A stretch of DNA of 64,000 bases from Candidatus Latescibacterota bacterium. Lineage in GTDB: Bacteria; Latescibacterota; UBA2968; UBA8231. The stretch lies in contig CBDETY010000003.1 in the NCBI GenBank assembly GCA_965243025.1, positions 6,048,001-6,112,000 of the forward strand, in the 5' to 3' direction. Under the pieces are notes generated by a model that saw only the letters and a list, made by a program, of their open reading frames with translations, was not told where the DNA came from and did not search any database. Shown here piece by piece: positions 10,068-19,425 of this stretch. The number at the start of each line of letters is the position of its first letter. Positions within the stretch are counted from its first letter, which is position 1. Position numbers and translations under genes: made by a program.

Positions 10068-10707
10068 ACCAGAACAGGGGGGGCAGCCACATCTCCCAGG
10101 GGATGGACTCCCCCTCGGGCATCCCCTCGAAGAACCAGCGGATTCCCGGCTCGTCCCGGGGAACCATCCAGTCGGCGACGTAGGGATGAACCCGCTCGCC
10201 CCAGTCGTTTTCCGGGGAGGCGAGGTAACGGACCCCGGCGGTCGACGACAGCAGCATCAGGCAGAACCCGTTGCGCTCGCCGCCGGAGAAAGCCGTGGCG
10301 ACCACCATCATTATGTAGATGGTCAGCAGCTCTCCCCGGTCCAGGGCCAGCCTGCGGCGGATCGCTCCCAGCACCACCTGGACGACGCCGACCCACAGGA
10401 AGAACAGGAAGAAGGCGGCCGGAGCGTTCAACGAGCTCATCTGGCTGCCCATGACGACCAGGGCGCCCCAGGGCACGCCCACCCCGATCGCCAGGCTGAG
10501 TCCTGCGCCGATCGCCAGGGAGCGCGTCGTCACGCCCGATGCCGGCTGTTGCGATTCTTCCCGGGGCAATGGACCGGTTGCCTGGTTTGGAGTAGGGGCA
10601 AGGGGAGAATTTCCTTGAGGGGGGAGTTGCGTTAGGGGAAATTCCCTGCCCGCCGGTGGTGCCGAGTGAGTCGGCCGAAAGTTCCGGTTCACAAAACGTC
10701 CTTGCAA
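10051..10707 (-). pseudogene. Truncated N-terminal part of a polytopic membrane protein (DUF6785-like putative transporter); true start probably near 10570
   Basis: TTRSLAIG..., LDRGELLTIYIMM, ASPENDW, FFEGMPEGESIPWEMWLPPL, then an immediate stop inside the AT-rich terminus. Confidence 0.65.
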
Positions 10708-10901
10708 CCGCTTCCGGCCCCACTCGAAACCGTTGGCTCTGACTTGAATGATCCCGGTGCTGAGACGGGATGATCGGCGCGGGAAACTGCAGGGGATTCC
10801 TGGGACGCGACCATAGTATCGAGCAGACAGCGATCGCCGTGCCGCACGCCCCCCGCAACGATAACCTCTCCCGGCTCCGGGCCGGGCACGGATAAACTGA
10901 A

Positions 10902-12263
10902 ATGGCCGACATGGAACTGTTGAGCGACGAGGGTATGCGGGAGTTCATCCGCAACGGCTTCATCACCTTCGAGGCCGACATGCCCCCAGGTTTTCACGAA
11001 ACCGTCTTCGAGCGCACTGAGAAGGGGATGGAAACCGCGGGGAATCCGGGAAACAACATCCTCGCGGTGGTGCCGGAGCTGCAGCAGGTCCTGGACCATC
11101 CCCGGGTCGCCGGCACCCTCGCCAGCATACTGGGGGCCGACTACGATCTCAACGCCCACCGCTACTGCCACCGCCGCCCCCTCGACGCCGAAGCCCAGTC
11201 CCACCTGCACAAGGACGGCAGGAGCCAGCGCCATCACCGCGCCCGCTGGTGCATGGCCTTCTACTATCCGCAGGACACCAACCTGGAGCTGGGCCCGACC
11301 ACGGTGGTTCCCGGGTCGCAGTACTACAACCGCGAGCCGGACTCCGAGGTAGGCCAAGAGATTCCCCTCTGCGGCGCGGCCGGCACCGTGACGATCCTGC
11401 ATTACGACCTGTGGCATCGGAGGTCGGAGAAGACCGGCCGCGGGCAGCGCTTCATGTTCAAGTTCCTCTTCACCCGCATGGGGGAGCCCGCCTCTCCGGC
11501 CTGGGATTCGCAGGACCTCCGCTGGCAGGAAACCGGCGATCGCCGCGACCCGATGTGGAAAACGATGTGGGAGTGGAGCGCCGGCAGCCATGGCAACGGC
11601 TCGGGCGGGCTGGAGGGCGATCCCGGGGAGCTGGCGGCTCGGCTCGCGGACGGGAACGAGACCACCTGCTTTCAGGCCGCCTACTCGCTGGGCGCCATGG
11701 GCGTGCCTGCAGTGCCCGAACTGATCGCGTGCCTGTCGTCAGAAGACGAGGACTTGCGGCGCAACGCCGGGTACGGGCTGGCCGCGGTCGGCCGGGAGGC
11801 GGTCCCTGCGCTCGAGGAAGCGGCGGGGGCTGAGCGCCCCGAGACCCGGGCGGCGGCCGTCGACGCCCTGGGGGACATGGGCATGCCGGCGGCGCCGGCG
11901 GTCCCGACACTGCAGGCGGCACTGAAAGACGGGGAGGAGGAGGTCAGCACCCGGGCCGCCTACGCCCTCGGAAATGTCGGCGAAGCCGCGGCCGCGGCGA
12001 TTCCCTCGCTCGTCGACGCCCTCGACGATCCCCGGGACTGGGTGGTCCGCCACTCGTTGCTGGCGCTGGCGAAGCTGGGTCCGCGCGCCGCCGAGGTCGT
12101 GCCGGAGATTACCCGCTGCCTGCACCACGACAACCGCTACGTGCGGGGGAAGGCGGCGCTCGTGCTGAGACGCGCAGGCACGAAGGAAGCGACCGATGCC
12201 CTTATCGACCACCTCGCCACGGCGAGGTGGTGTCCGCTTACGACGAAGGACAGCCAGTATTGA
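10902..12263 (+). CDS. PhyH-family Fe/2OG dioxygenase fused to HEAT/PBS-lyase repeats
   Basis: FIRNGF, HKD, GPTTVVPGSQ, YDLWHR; C-terminal repeats AAYSLG/AVDALG/AAYALG with VPxL motifs. Confidence 0.85.
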   Translation: MADMELLSDEGMREFIRNGFITFEADMPPGFHETVFERTEKGMETAGNPGNNILAVVPELQQVLDHPRVAGTLASILGADYDLNAHRYCHRRPLDAEAQSHLHKDGRSQRHHRARWCMAFYYPQDTNLELGPTTVVPGSQYYNREPDSEVGQEIPLCGAAGTVTILHYDLWHRRSEKTGRGQRFMFKFLFTRMGEPASPAWDSQDLRWQETGDRRDPMWKTMWEWSAGSHGNGSGGLEGDPGELAARLADGNETTCFQAAYSLGAMGVPAVPELIACLSSEDEDLRRNAGYGLAAVGREAVPALEEAAGAERPETRAAAVDALGDMGMPAAPAVPTLQAALKDGEEEVSTRAAYALGNVGEAAAAAIPSLVDALDDPRDWVVRHSLLALAKLGPRAAEVVPEITRCLHHDNRYVRGKAALVLRRAGTKEATDALIDHLATARWCPLTTKDSQY

Positions 12264-12278
12264 CAGCCCGATTCACAA

Positions 12279-13061
12279 ATGGAGGCAGGTGCGGCAATGG
12301 ATGACAACCTCGACCCGAAACGACGCCTGGACATCCCGGGGAGCTACAACATCCGGGACCTGGGGGGCTACGAGACGCGGGACGGAAGGCAGACCCGCTG
12401 GGGCCGGCTGCTGCGCGCCGACTCCCTGCACCGGCTCGACGCGGACTCGCGGCAGGCCCTTCTCGACTACGGCCTGCGCACGGTCATCGACCTTCGCAAG
12501 AGCCTGGAGCTGCAGAACCTGGGCCATCCCTTCATGAGGTCGGACCGGGTGACCTGGTACCATCAGAACATGGTCGGGGACGACCCCTGGCGGGAAGGGG
12601 AGAGCATTACCCGTCCGGAAGGTATAGCCGAGGTCAAGCGCAGGTCGTACTCCCTCATCCTCGACAGGCGCGGTCAGCAGGTGCGCGAGACCCTGGCGCT
12701 CCTCGCCCTGCCCGACTCGCTGCCCGCCCTCTTCCACTGCTCGGCCGGAACCGACAGGACGGGAATGATCGCGGCGCTGGTCCTGGGAATAGCCGGAGTG
12801 CCTCGCGAAGTCATCGCCCGGGACTACGGCCTGAGCGGCCGCTTCCTGCTGGCCCGCTACCTGGACGACAACCCGGAAATTTCCGCCGGGGAGATCACCT
12901 GGCAGGAGTACCAGGCCCGGACCTGCCCTCCCGAAGTAATGCTGGGCGTGCTGGAGGATCTCGACGAGCGCCACGGCGGCGTCGAGGGGTACGCCCGCGC
13001 CATCGGCCTCGACGACTCCCAGATCGAAGCCCTGCGGGAAGCCGTGGTCGAACAGGATTGA
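12279..13061 (+). CDS. Tyrosine-protein phosphatase family (Y_phosphatase3/IphP-like)
   Basis: NIRDLGGY, VIDLR, P-loop HCSAGTDRTG, IARDYGLS. Confidence 0.9.
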   Translation: MEAGAAMDDNLDPKRRLDIPGSYNIRDLGGYETRDGRQTRWGRLLRADSLHRLDADSRQALLDYGLRTVIDLRKSLELQNLGHPFMRSDRVTWYHQNMVGDDPWREGESITRPEGIAEVKRRSYSLILDRRGQQVRETLALLALPDSLPALFHCSAGTDRTGMIAALVLGIAGVPREVIARDYGLSGRFLLARYLDDNPEISAGEITWQEYQARTCPPEVMLGVLEDLDERHGGVEGYARAIGLDDSQIEALREAVVEQD

Positions 13062-13124
13062 AAACCTAAGCTCTCTTTACGCCGCTGACTGCGCCTTTCC
13101 CCCTGTCCGACAGGGTCGATTCAC

Positions 13125-14042
13125 ATGATAGAAATGGACGAACGCGAGAAGTTCCTCCTGGATCTGCAGGGGTTTCTGCATGTGGAGGGCTTTCTGACCG
13201 CAGCAGAACTGCGGGCTCTCAACGAGGCCGTGGAGGCCAACGTCGACGAGGAGGCGGAGGGTTTCTTTCCGAGGGGAACCCAGTACGGCGGCGGCATGGA
13301 CGGGCAGTTCGGCAAAGGCACGGTAGAGGGAATGCTGACATGGGAGCAGCCATGGTGCCAGCCCTTCCGCGACCTTGTCGCCCATCCGAAGCTCATCCCC
13401 TATCTCAACACCCTCTTCGGCCGCGGTTGGCGGATGGACCACCTGCCCTTCATCAGCTTCGCCAGGAAAGGGACCGGCGGCCACGGGCTGCACGGGGCGA
13501 CCAGCCGGATTTTCGACGGAGGCCAGTTCTACCACTACGCCAACGGCGAGATCCGCACCGGACTGGCGGTTGTTCAGTTCCAGCTGGCGGACATCAATCC
13601 CGGGGACGGCGGGCTGGCGGTGATTCCGGGCAGTCACAAGGCGAATTTCAAGTGCCCGGAAGATATCATGCTCTACAACACCGACAGGGAGGTGGTGCGC
13701 AGCGTCGGCGGCAAGGCAGGGGACCTGGTGATTTTCCTCGAAGCCACCATCCACGGGGCCCTGCCCTGGACCGCGGAGCACAACCGGCGCTCCCTCTTCT
13801 ACCGCTACGGCTCGAAATACCTCAACTACCACCAGGACTACGTCGAGACCGCACTGCCCGGGTGGGTGAGTGAACTGACGGATGCACAACGCACCGCATT
13901 CGAGCCGGCCTATGCGCACAGCCGTTCCCTGGTCGAGGACGACGGCGCGACCCTGACCAAGCCCGGTTCGGAGCCGAAACCCCACCGGGCCCCGCACAAG
14001 GACGAGATGGCGCGACCCGACGCCCACAGCAAACCCGGATAG
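13125..14042 (+). CDS. PhyH-family Fe/2OG enzyme, HGA variant
   Basis: LDLQGFL, GLHGAT, GDGGLAVIPGSHKANF, KAGDLVIFLEATIHG, RRSLFYRY. Confidence 0.85.
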   Translation: MIEMDEREKFLLDLQGFLHVEGFLTAAELRALNEAVEANVDEEAEGFFPRGTQYGGGMDGQFGKGTVEGMLTWEQPWCQPFRDLVAHPKLIPYLNTLFGRGWRMDHLPFISFARKGTGGHGLHGATSRIFDGGQFYHYANGEIRTGLAVVQFQLADINPGDGGLAVIPGSHKANFKCPEDIMLYNTDREVVRSVGGKAGDLVIFLEATIHGALPWTAEHNRRSLFYRYGSKYLNYHQDYVETALPGWVSELTDAQRTAFEPAYAHSRSLVEDDGATLTKPGSEPKPHRAPHKDEMARPDAHSKPG

Positions 14043-14047
14043 TCTCG

Positions 14048-15181
14048 TTGCGAATCGTCGAAAGAGGATACATCCACGACGGCCGCAGCGCCGCACCCCA
14101 CCAGCGGTCCTGCGCCCGCACCGCCGTTCTCGAGATGCGGGACGGCACCCTCGTCGCCAGCTGCCGTCTGGGCAGCGCGCGGCAGTCGGTCGACGGCCAC
14201 GAGGCCGTCTTCGCCAGCGCCGATGCCGGCAGGACCTGGGAGCTGCGTCACCACGGGTACGGGCAGGGCGCCTGGGAAGACGGGACCCCCGGCGAGGTGT
14301 TCTCCTTCACCGTCGCCGAGACGTCGCCGGGCCTGCTGACCGCTACCGGAATCTGGATGGACCGCTCGAACCCGGAGCTGCCGATGGTGAACCCGGCGAC
14401 CCAGGGGTTCCTGCCGATGCGCATGTTCCACACCACCTCGGCCGACGGGGGTTTCACCTGGGGTCCGCGGCGGCGCATGGACACGCGGCCGCACAAGGCC
14501 GCATCCTCGGCGACCCAGGGGGTCTGGCCGCTCCCCGGCGGCCTGCTCGCCCAGCCCTACGAGTGGTGGAAGGAGTACGACGACCCGTCGTCCGGGCGGC
14601 CCGGCTGCTGCTTCCGGGTATCCCGCGACGGAGGCCTGACCTGGCCGGAGTACCTCCCCGTCGCCCGGCACCCGGAGAACCTGCTCTACTACTGGGATAT
14701 CCGGCTGGCGGCGCATCCCGAAAGCGGCCGGTGGGTGGCCATGTTCTGGACGCACGAGCCGGCCGCCGGGGCCGACCTCGACGTCCACGTCTCCTGGGGG
14801 GCGCCGGACGCGCGCTCGTGGACGATTCCGGCCGGCACCGGTCTCCCCGGCCAGCACTGCGACCCGGTGCCTCTGGGCGGGGACCGCCTGATGGCGGTGT
14901 ACTCCCACCGGGCCGACCCTCCCGGCATCGCCGCTTCGGTCAGCGGCGACTTCGGACGCACCTGGGACCGCAGCCGGGACCTGATGGTCTACGACAGCAG
15001 CGCCGGGACCGAGCCCGGGGCCAGGGGGCCGCGCAGTCAGAAGGAGAAGTTCTCCGACATGGAGGCCTGGCGCTTCGGCCATCCGCGCGGGGAGTTGCTG
15101 AGGGACGGCTCGGTCTTCGTCGTGTTCTACGCCGGCGGCGACGATGCCAAGAGCGCCTGCTGGGCGAAGGTGGAACCGTGA
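14048..15181 (+). CDS. Sialidase-like/BNR Asp-box beta-propeller protein
   Basis: Asp-boxes SADAGRTW, SADGGFTW, SRDGGLTW, SGDFGRTW; C-terminal FGHP...LRDGSVFVVFY. Confidence 0.8.
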   Translation: MRIVERGYIHDGRSAAPHQRSCARTAVLEMRDGTLVASCRLGSARQSVDGHEAVFASADAGRTWELRHHGYGQGAWEDGTPGEVFSFTVAETSPGLLTATGIWMDRSNPELPMVNPATQGFLPMRMFHTTSADGGFTWGPRRRMDTRPHKAASSATQGVWPLPGGLLAQPYEWWKEYDDPSSGRPGCCFRVSRDGGLTWPEYLPVARHPENLLYYWDIRLAAHPESGRWVAMFWTHEPAAGADLDVHVSWGAPDARSWTIPAGTGLPGQHCDPVPLGGDRLMAVYSHRADPPGIAASVSGDFGRTWDRSRDLMVYDSSAGTEPGARGPRSQKEKFSDMEAWRFGHPRGELLRDGSVFVVFYAGGDDAKSACWAKVEP

Positions 15182-15284
15182 GGTTTCCCGCGGAAATCGA
15201 CAGGCACATACACGGAGTCGGATGTCCGGCGCTCCGCCGCCTGTAGACAAATCGTGCATTTCCCCACGGAACCGGGATACAGCG

Positions 15285-15329
15285 GCGGCGGAATTCACGC
15301 GAAATTGCGCGCGCAGACACTTGGGTGAA
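15285..15329. repeat. Dispersed ~45-bp intergenic hairpin motif, copy 1
   Basis: GAATTCACGCGAAATTGCGCGCGCAGACACTTGGGTGAA; similar to 36627-36670. Confidence 0.55.
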
Positions 15330-15368
15330 CCGGCGCAGTTCCACGAAACGAAAATCTGGAGATCAAGG

Positions 15369-16958
15369 ATGACCGAGCAGAGGAAGAAGATCCTGGAACG
15401 GGGCAGCTACTTTCCCGGCGACTGGGTGCGCCCGCGGTTCAACCCCGGCACCTGGATGGCGATGGTGGACGTGCAGGAGATCTTCGCCGGCCACAGGAGC
15501 ATCACCCGCGACGGGCGCTACGAGATGTACGACGGTGCGGTCGGCGTGCAGCTGCGGGTGGAGGAAGCGGACAAGTCGGAACCGTTCATCAGGCGGGAGA
15601 AGGAATGGGAGCAGGAGGGCCACCTGGGCCCCTCCAATTTCTGGCACGAGGACGGCCGCATGCACATGATCTACAACGTCGGAGGAAACAGCTGCTACGC
15701 GGTCAGCGACGACGGCTACAGCTGGGAACGGCCGGTCCTGAACCAGAAGGAGTTCAACGGGTCCACCGGGAACAACATCCTCGGGATCCCGGTGCCCGGC
15801 CACATTCTCGAAGACCCCGGCGCGCCGCCGGCCGAGCGCTTCAAGTCGATCAGCGCCGCCGGGTTCTGGCTCGACCGCGAAACCGGCGAGAAAGTCGACG
15901 GGGACGAGGCGGACCGCTGCTGGCGCGCCGAGCATTACGAGGGGGAGTCGTACAGCGGGCGCAAGGTGGTTCTCAAGGGGGCGATGGAGGGGCACGTCTC
16001 CCCGGACCGCTTCAACTGGACGAAGATCGAAGAGCCTCTCGGCAACTACTCCGTCAACGGCGGCCTTGCCCTTTACTACGACGACCACAACCAGACCTAC
16101 TTCTCCTACATACAGCCGCAGGGCTGCGCCCCGGTCGAGCCGCAGAGCCTGGGAACGGGCATGCCCGAGACCGAGGTGGTGCGCCGCGCCGTCGGCCTGA
16201 CGCGGACGAAGGACTTCCGCCATTGGCCCGCGGCCAAGCTGCTGGTCCATCCCGACGCCCAGGACCCCCTCGACATCTCCTTCTACGGGGCCTGCTACTT
16301 CCCGTACCCCGGGCGGCAGGAGCTTCACGGCATGTTCCTTCCGGTGTTCCACGGGGTGACCGACCACGTCGACATGCAGCTCGCCTTCAGCCGCGACGGC
16401 CTGGTCTGGACCCGGCCCGAGCGCCGGCCGATAGCTCCCCTCGGTCCGCCGGGAAGCGGCGACGAGGGCCAGATCCACGTCTGGCGCCAGGGTCTGGTGG
16501 AGCTTCCCGACGGCAGCTGGGCCGTGCCCTACGAGGGCCGCTCCACCCTGCACACGGTGCAGGAGGAGCACCAGGCCGCGGTCTTCGGGCAGAAGGAGTC
16601 GATCCGGAACCGCTGGGCGCGCTGGCAGCCCCATCGTCTGTGCGGCGTGGAGGCCCAATCGGAGGGGCGCTTCACCATCCCCACCGTGTTCCGGCTGGAG
16701 AAGGAGCTGCGCCTGAACTACCGCTGCGCGCCGGGAGGCTGGATCAGCGTCGAGCTGCTGCCCCGTGTTCCCACCATGCTGTGCCCGGATGCCAACCCGC
16801 TGAAAGGCTACTCCTTCGAGGAGTGCGACCGTCTCACCGGGGACGAGCAGGACCGGGTCGTCACCTGGAGGGGAAACGGCGACATCTCCGCGGTCGGCGA
16901 GATGGCGGCCATCCGCGTCAGGATGTTTCAGGCGAAGCTGTTCGCGTACCGGCTGTAG
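15369..16958 (+). CDS. GH32/GH43-like beta-propeller putative glycoside hydrolase
   Basis: ATG at 15369 after AAGGA; SDDGYSW, DPGAPPAERFK, FSRDGLVW, C-terminal IRVRMFQAKLFAY. Confidence 0.7.
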   Translation: MTEQRKKILERGSYFPGDWVRPRFNPGTWMAMVDVQEIFAGHRSITRDGRYEMYDGAVGVQLRVEEADKSEPFIRREKEWEQEGHLGPSNFWHEDGRMHMIYNVGGNSCYAVSDDGYSWERPVLNQKEFNGSTGNNILGIPVPGHILEDPGAPPAERFKSISAAGFWLDRETGEKVDGDEADRCWRAEHYEGESYSGRKVVLKGAMEGHVSPDRFNWTKIEEPLGNYSVNGGLALYYDDHNQTYFSYIQPQGCAPVEPQSLGTGMPETEVVRRAVGLTRTKDFRHWPAAKLLVHPDAQDPLDISFYGACYFPYPGRQELHGMFLPVFHGVTDHVDMQLAFSRDGLVWTRPERRPIAPLGPPGSGDEGQIHVWRQGLVELPDGSWAVPYEGRSTLHTVQEEHQAAVFGQKESIRNRWARWQPHRLCGVEAQSEGRFTIPTVFRLEKELRLNYRCAPGGWISVELLPRVPTMLCPDANPLKGYSFEECDRLTGDEQDRVVTWRGNGDISAVGEMAAIRVRMFQAKLFAYRL

Positions 16959-16997
16959 GTCCCGGTGGTGCAGGCAGAGAAACCGGAATGTTGGGAA

Positions 16998-17080
16998 CTA
17001 CACGGAGGAGGCCGGGGTCATGCCGTTCATGTTACGTGCCTGATGCGGGCGTCTATCGTTGTACTGGACCAGAAATTTCA
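16998..17080 (-). pseudogene. IS481/integrase-core transposase C-terminal remnant
   Basis: FLVQYNDRRPHQARNMNGMTP matches the YNxxRPH...TP motif. Confidence 0.55.
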
Positions 17081-17327
17081 TATTCGAACGTGGCGAGGCC
17101 ACTATACCAAGGTGGCACTCGCCCAATGTTGAATCGATGCGCCAACATGGTAACATTTTCCAACCCACCGGGTTCAGTCTCTCCGTAAGTGTTTCTTGGA
17201 TTGCCTCATCTCGAGTCATCAACTCGGTGGCAATGATCCAAGCGATCCTGAGCTTGTTCTCGGGTGACAACACAGCGAAGACGGATTGAATTCGAGGTCT
17301 ACCCGGCCATTTCCCGGGTGGTCAGGC

Positions 17328-17387
17328 CCTCGCTGATGAGCCGAACCACCTCGCGCTCCCGCTCGCTCAGCTCCGGATGTCCGGCAA
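17328..17387 (-). repeat. 60-bp exact duplicate of part of the LuxR HTH coding sequence
   Basis: Identical to 19575-19634; encodes AGHPELSEREREVVRLISE. Confidence 0.9.
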
Positions 17388-17499
17388 AGGGCCTGCCGTG
17401 ATCGTCAGGGGTGATGGCAGGGGTACGGTCTGGAGTTGCTCTCCGGTAGCCGATATGAAATAGAACAGGTGTTATCATGGGTGTGCTGGAAGTAGCAAA

Positions 17500-17640
17500 T
17501 CTAATCCGCCGTCGGGGGACCATACCGGGGAGACCGCTCCGAAATCGGATAACCGGCGAGTCTCGCCGTCTCCTGCGCAGTATACGCTCCCGTCCAGATC
17601 GTGCGCATTGGCTTGAACAAAGCAGGAGCAGAAGGATGAG
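17500..17640 (-). pseudogene. TolB/PD40 repeat protein fragment
   Basis: Minus frame reads ...GDGETRRLSDFGAVSPVWSPDG, a WD40-like PD40 motif; no full ORF. Confidence 0.35.
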
Positions 17641-17642
17641 AA

Positions 17643-18599
17643 CTACCACAGCGAGGCCTTGATCCGTCCCCAGGAGACCGACTCGACGGCGCTGTCTTCC
17701 ACCGGTCCGGCCGCGTTGGCCGGCAGCAGCAGTCCGTCCAGGTAGAGCTCCGCCCGATATCGGTGCAGTATGTCAATTTCCGGGTCTTCACTCTGGACAG
17801 CTTCAGGCCCCAGGTAGAATCTACTGTATTCGTCATCTCTTTCGTCCACGAGGACCGCAAAGCCTATGACCTTTCCTGCCGTCAGATCGCTGACCACGAC
17901 GTCTTCAGGCCGACTGTCGGGTCCCTGCCAACTGTCGTATGGGGTGACGTACAGCTCGATTACCCTGATGATCGGGTTCTCCCCGGCTACGCCGCCGCCT
18001 GCCTCTCCATAGGGTGGAAAGAACATCCAGGAATCCTCCTTGGCAGCTTTGCTGTACGAGCGGCTCAAGCCGGACGTGAAATAGGCATACAACGCAGCGC
18101 GGCCACTGGCCGTACGGGCTATTACCCCGTATTGTTGCGATTCCCCCCAAAAACCCCTCGTTTCCCAAGATTCCAAATTAAGTCCTCCGCCGCTGTGATC
18201 TGCGTCGAGAGCCAGGACAAGCTCGGCATTGGTGGCAAGCACCTGTTGAGGTATGATGTGCGCATCATCACTGGCCGAGAAGGCGACATAGAGCCGATCC
18301 GGCTCATCGTGCCAGGCCAGCCATATGCGGAAGTCCAGGTCGGATGGATCAGGTACGTCACCGAAGGCTCTGAAATCGACCAGGGACATGGTGGGTTCGC
18401 CCACGAGATCGTACCACTCCTCCACCGAGCCGTCGTGAAGCTGGATCTGTTCCAGCATCTCGTCGGTCAGCTCGGCGATCGGGAAGACTCGACCGCCGCT
18501 GTGGGCGCCTGCCTGAGCAGGAAAGCAGGCGGACAGGGCGGACCCGACGAGCAGGCCGAGGGCCATGCGCCGGTGATTCCTGAGACCTACAGGGACCAT
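17643..18599 (-). CDS. Secreted protein with CBM9/DOMON-like sugar-binding character and C-terminal SWGRIK motif
   Basis: Signal peptide ending AQAGA; LHDGSVEEW, FRIWLAW..RLYVA; ends SAVESVSWGRIKASLW; RBS AAGGA. Confidence 0.7.
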   Translation of the reverse strand: MVPVGLRNHRRMALGLLVGSALSACFPAQAGAHSGGRVFPIAELTDEMLEQIQLHDGSVEEWYDLVGEPTMSLVDFRAFGDVPDPSDLDFRIWLAWHDEPDRLYVAFSASDDAHIIPQQVLATNAELVLALDADHSGGGLNLESWETRGFWGESQQYGVIARTASGRAALYAYFTSGLSRSYSKAAKEDSWMFFPPYGEAGGGVAGENPIIRVIELYVTPYDSWQGPDSRPEDVVVSDLTAGKVIGFAVLVDERDDEYSRFYLGPEAVQSEDPEIDILHRYRAELYLDGLLLPANAAGPVEDSAVESVSWGRIKASLW

Positions 18600-18802
18600 C
18601 TGGTTTCCTTGCCTATTGCCTGTCAGCTATTCTGCCGGTCAGCGGGCTCCGCATGGCTTCCTTTTCCCTGTCGATTTGCCGAACGGCACAGATGGTCTTT
18701 CTCCTCTTTCAGGAATAACAAGGACGAGGGCCCACCCCCCTGAAGGGGACGGGACCCTCGTCCGAGTATGCCGAGCGCGTCAGCCAAAGCGCCGGAGGAT
18801 GC

Positions 18803-19054
18803 TCAGTTCCTGCACTCGCAACGCCAAGTCCCCGGGCCGGTGTTTTCAGCATCGGACTCGGAGTGCCCGGCACTGGAGCAAGCACTGGCGCACTTTCCGT
18901 CCGCCTCGCTGTTCGTGAAGGCGTACACGGTGTGGCAGTGGTGCCAACCGTTCTTCTGGTCGGCTTCCACCCAGGACAGGCCCCCGGTGGTCAGCAGGAC
19001 GCCTGTCAGAATGGCGAGCCCGGCCCCGAAAAAGCTCTTCAATACGCGTGGCAT
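18803..19054 (-). CDS. Small secreted Cys-rich peptide (83 aa)
   Basis: GGAGG RBS, hydrophobic signal peptide ending VEA, mature part with CxxxC and CxC. Confidence 0.7.
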   Translation of the reverse strand: MPRVLKSFFGAGLAILTGVLLTTGGLSWVEADQKNGWHHCHTVYAFTNSEADGKCASACSSAGHSESDAENTGPGTWRCECRN

Positions 19055-19248
19055 TTTCTGCCTCCTTTGGGTTCGGGTGTTTGAGATCCGGCCGCCCTTT
19101 TGGGCTTATCGCCAATCGGGTCGGCACATGATCCAACGCGGCGTTGCTTCTTGCGGAATGGTGGCGGCTGCAGCAATGACCTCCTTTCCTGGGCAGCGAC
19201 CTTGTTCATCTTGAGGATAAAGATCGCTCCGAAATGTCCGCTCCGGTA

Positions 19249-19311
19249 TCACCCGATCAGGTGATTTCTTGTCACCTGATAAGGTGATTTTTTTGTCACC
19301 CGATCAGGTGA
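19249..19311. promoter_or_regulatory. Three tandem 16-bp palindromic operators TCACC-N6-GGTGA
   Basis: TCACCCGATCAGGTGA (19249), TCACCTGATAAGGTGA (19272), TCACCCGATCAGGTGA (19296); period 23-24 bp. Confidence 0.8.
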
Positions 19312-19425
19312 CACTTCCGAAAAAGACGGGGGATTGGCCCGGAAAAGTCCGGCGCCGTGGGCGCCGGGGGGGCCTATGGAACCGGAAGCCGAAACCGGTG
19401 GGGAGTGACCGCCGCGAAGAGGCAG

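Noticed and set aside
19249-19311. Possible mini-CRISPR
   Set aside because: 16-bp palindromes with 7-8 bp T-rich gaps and no cas genes; fits operator sites.
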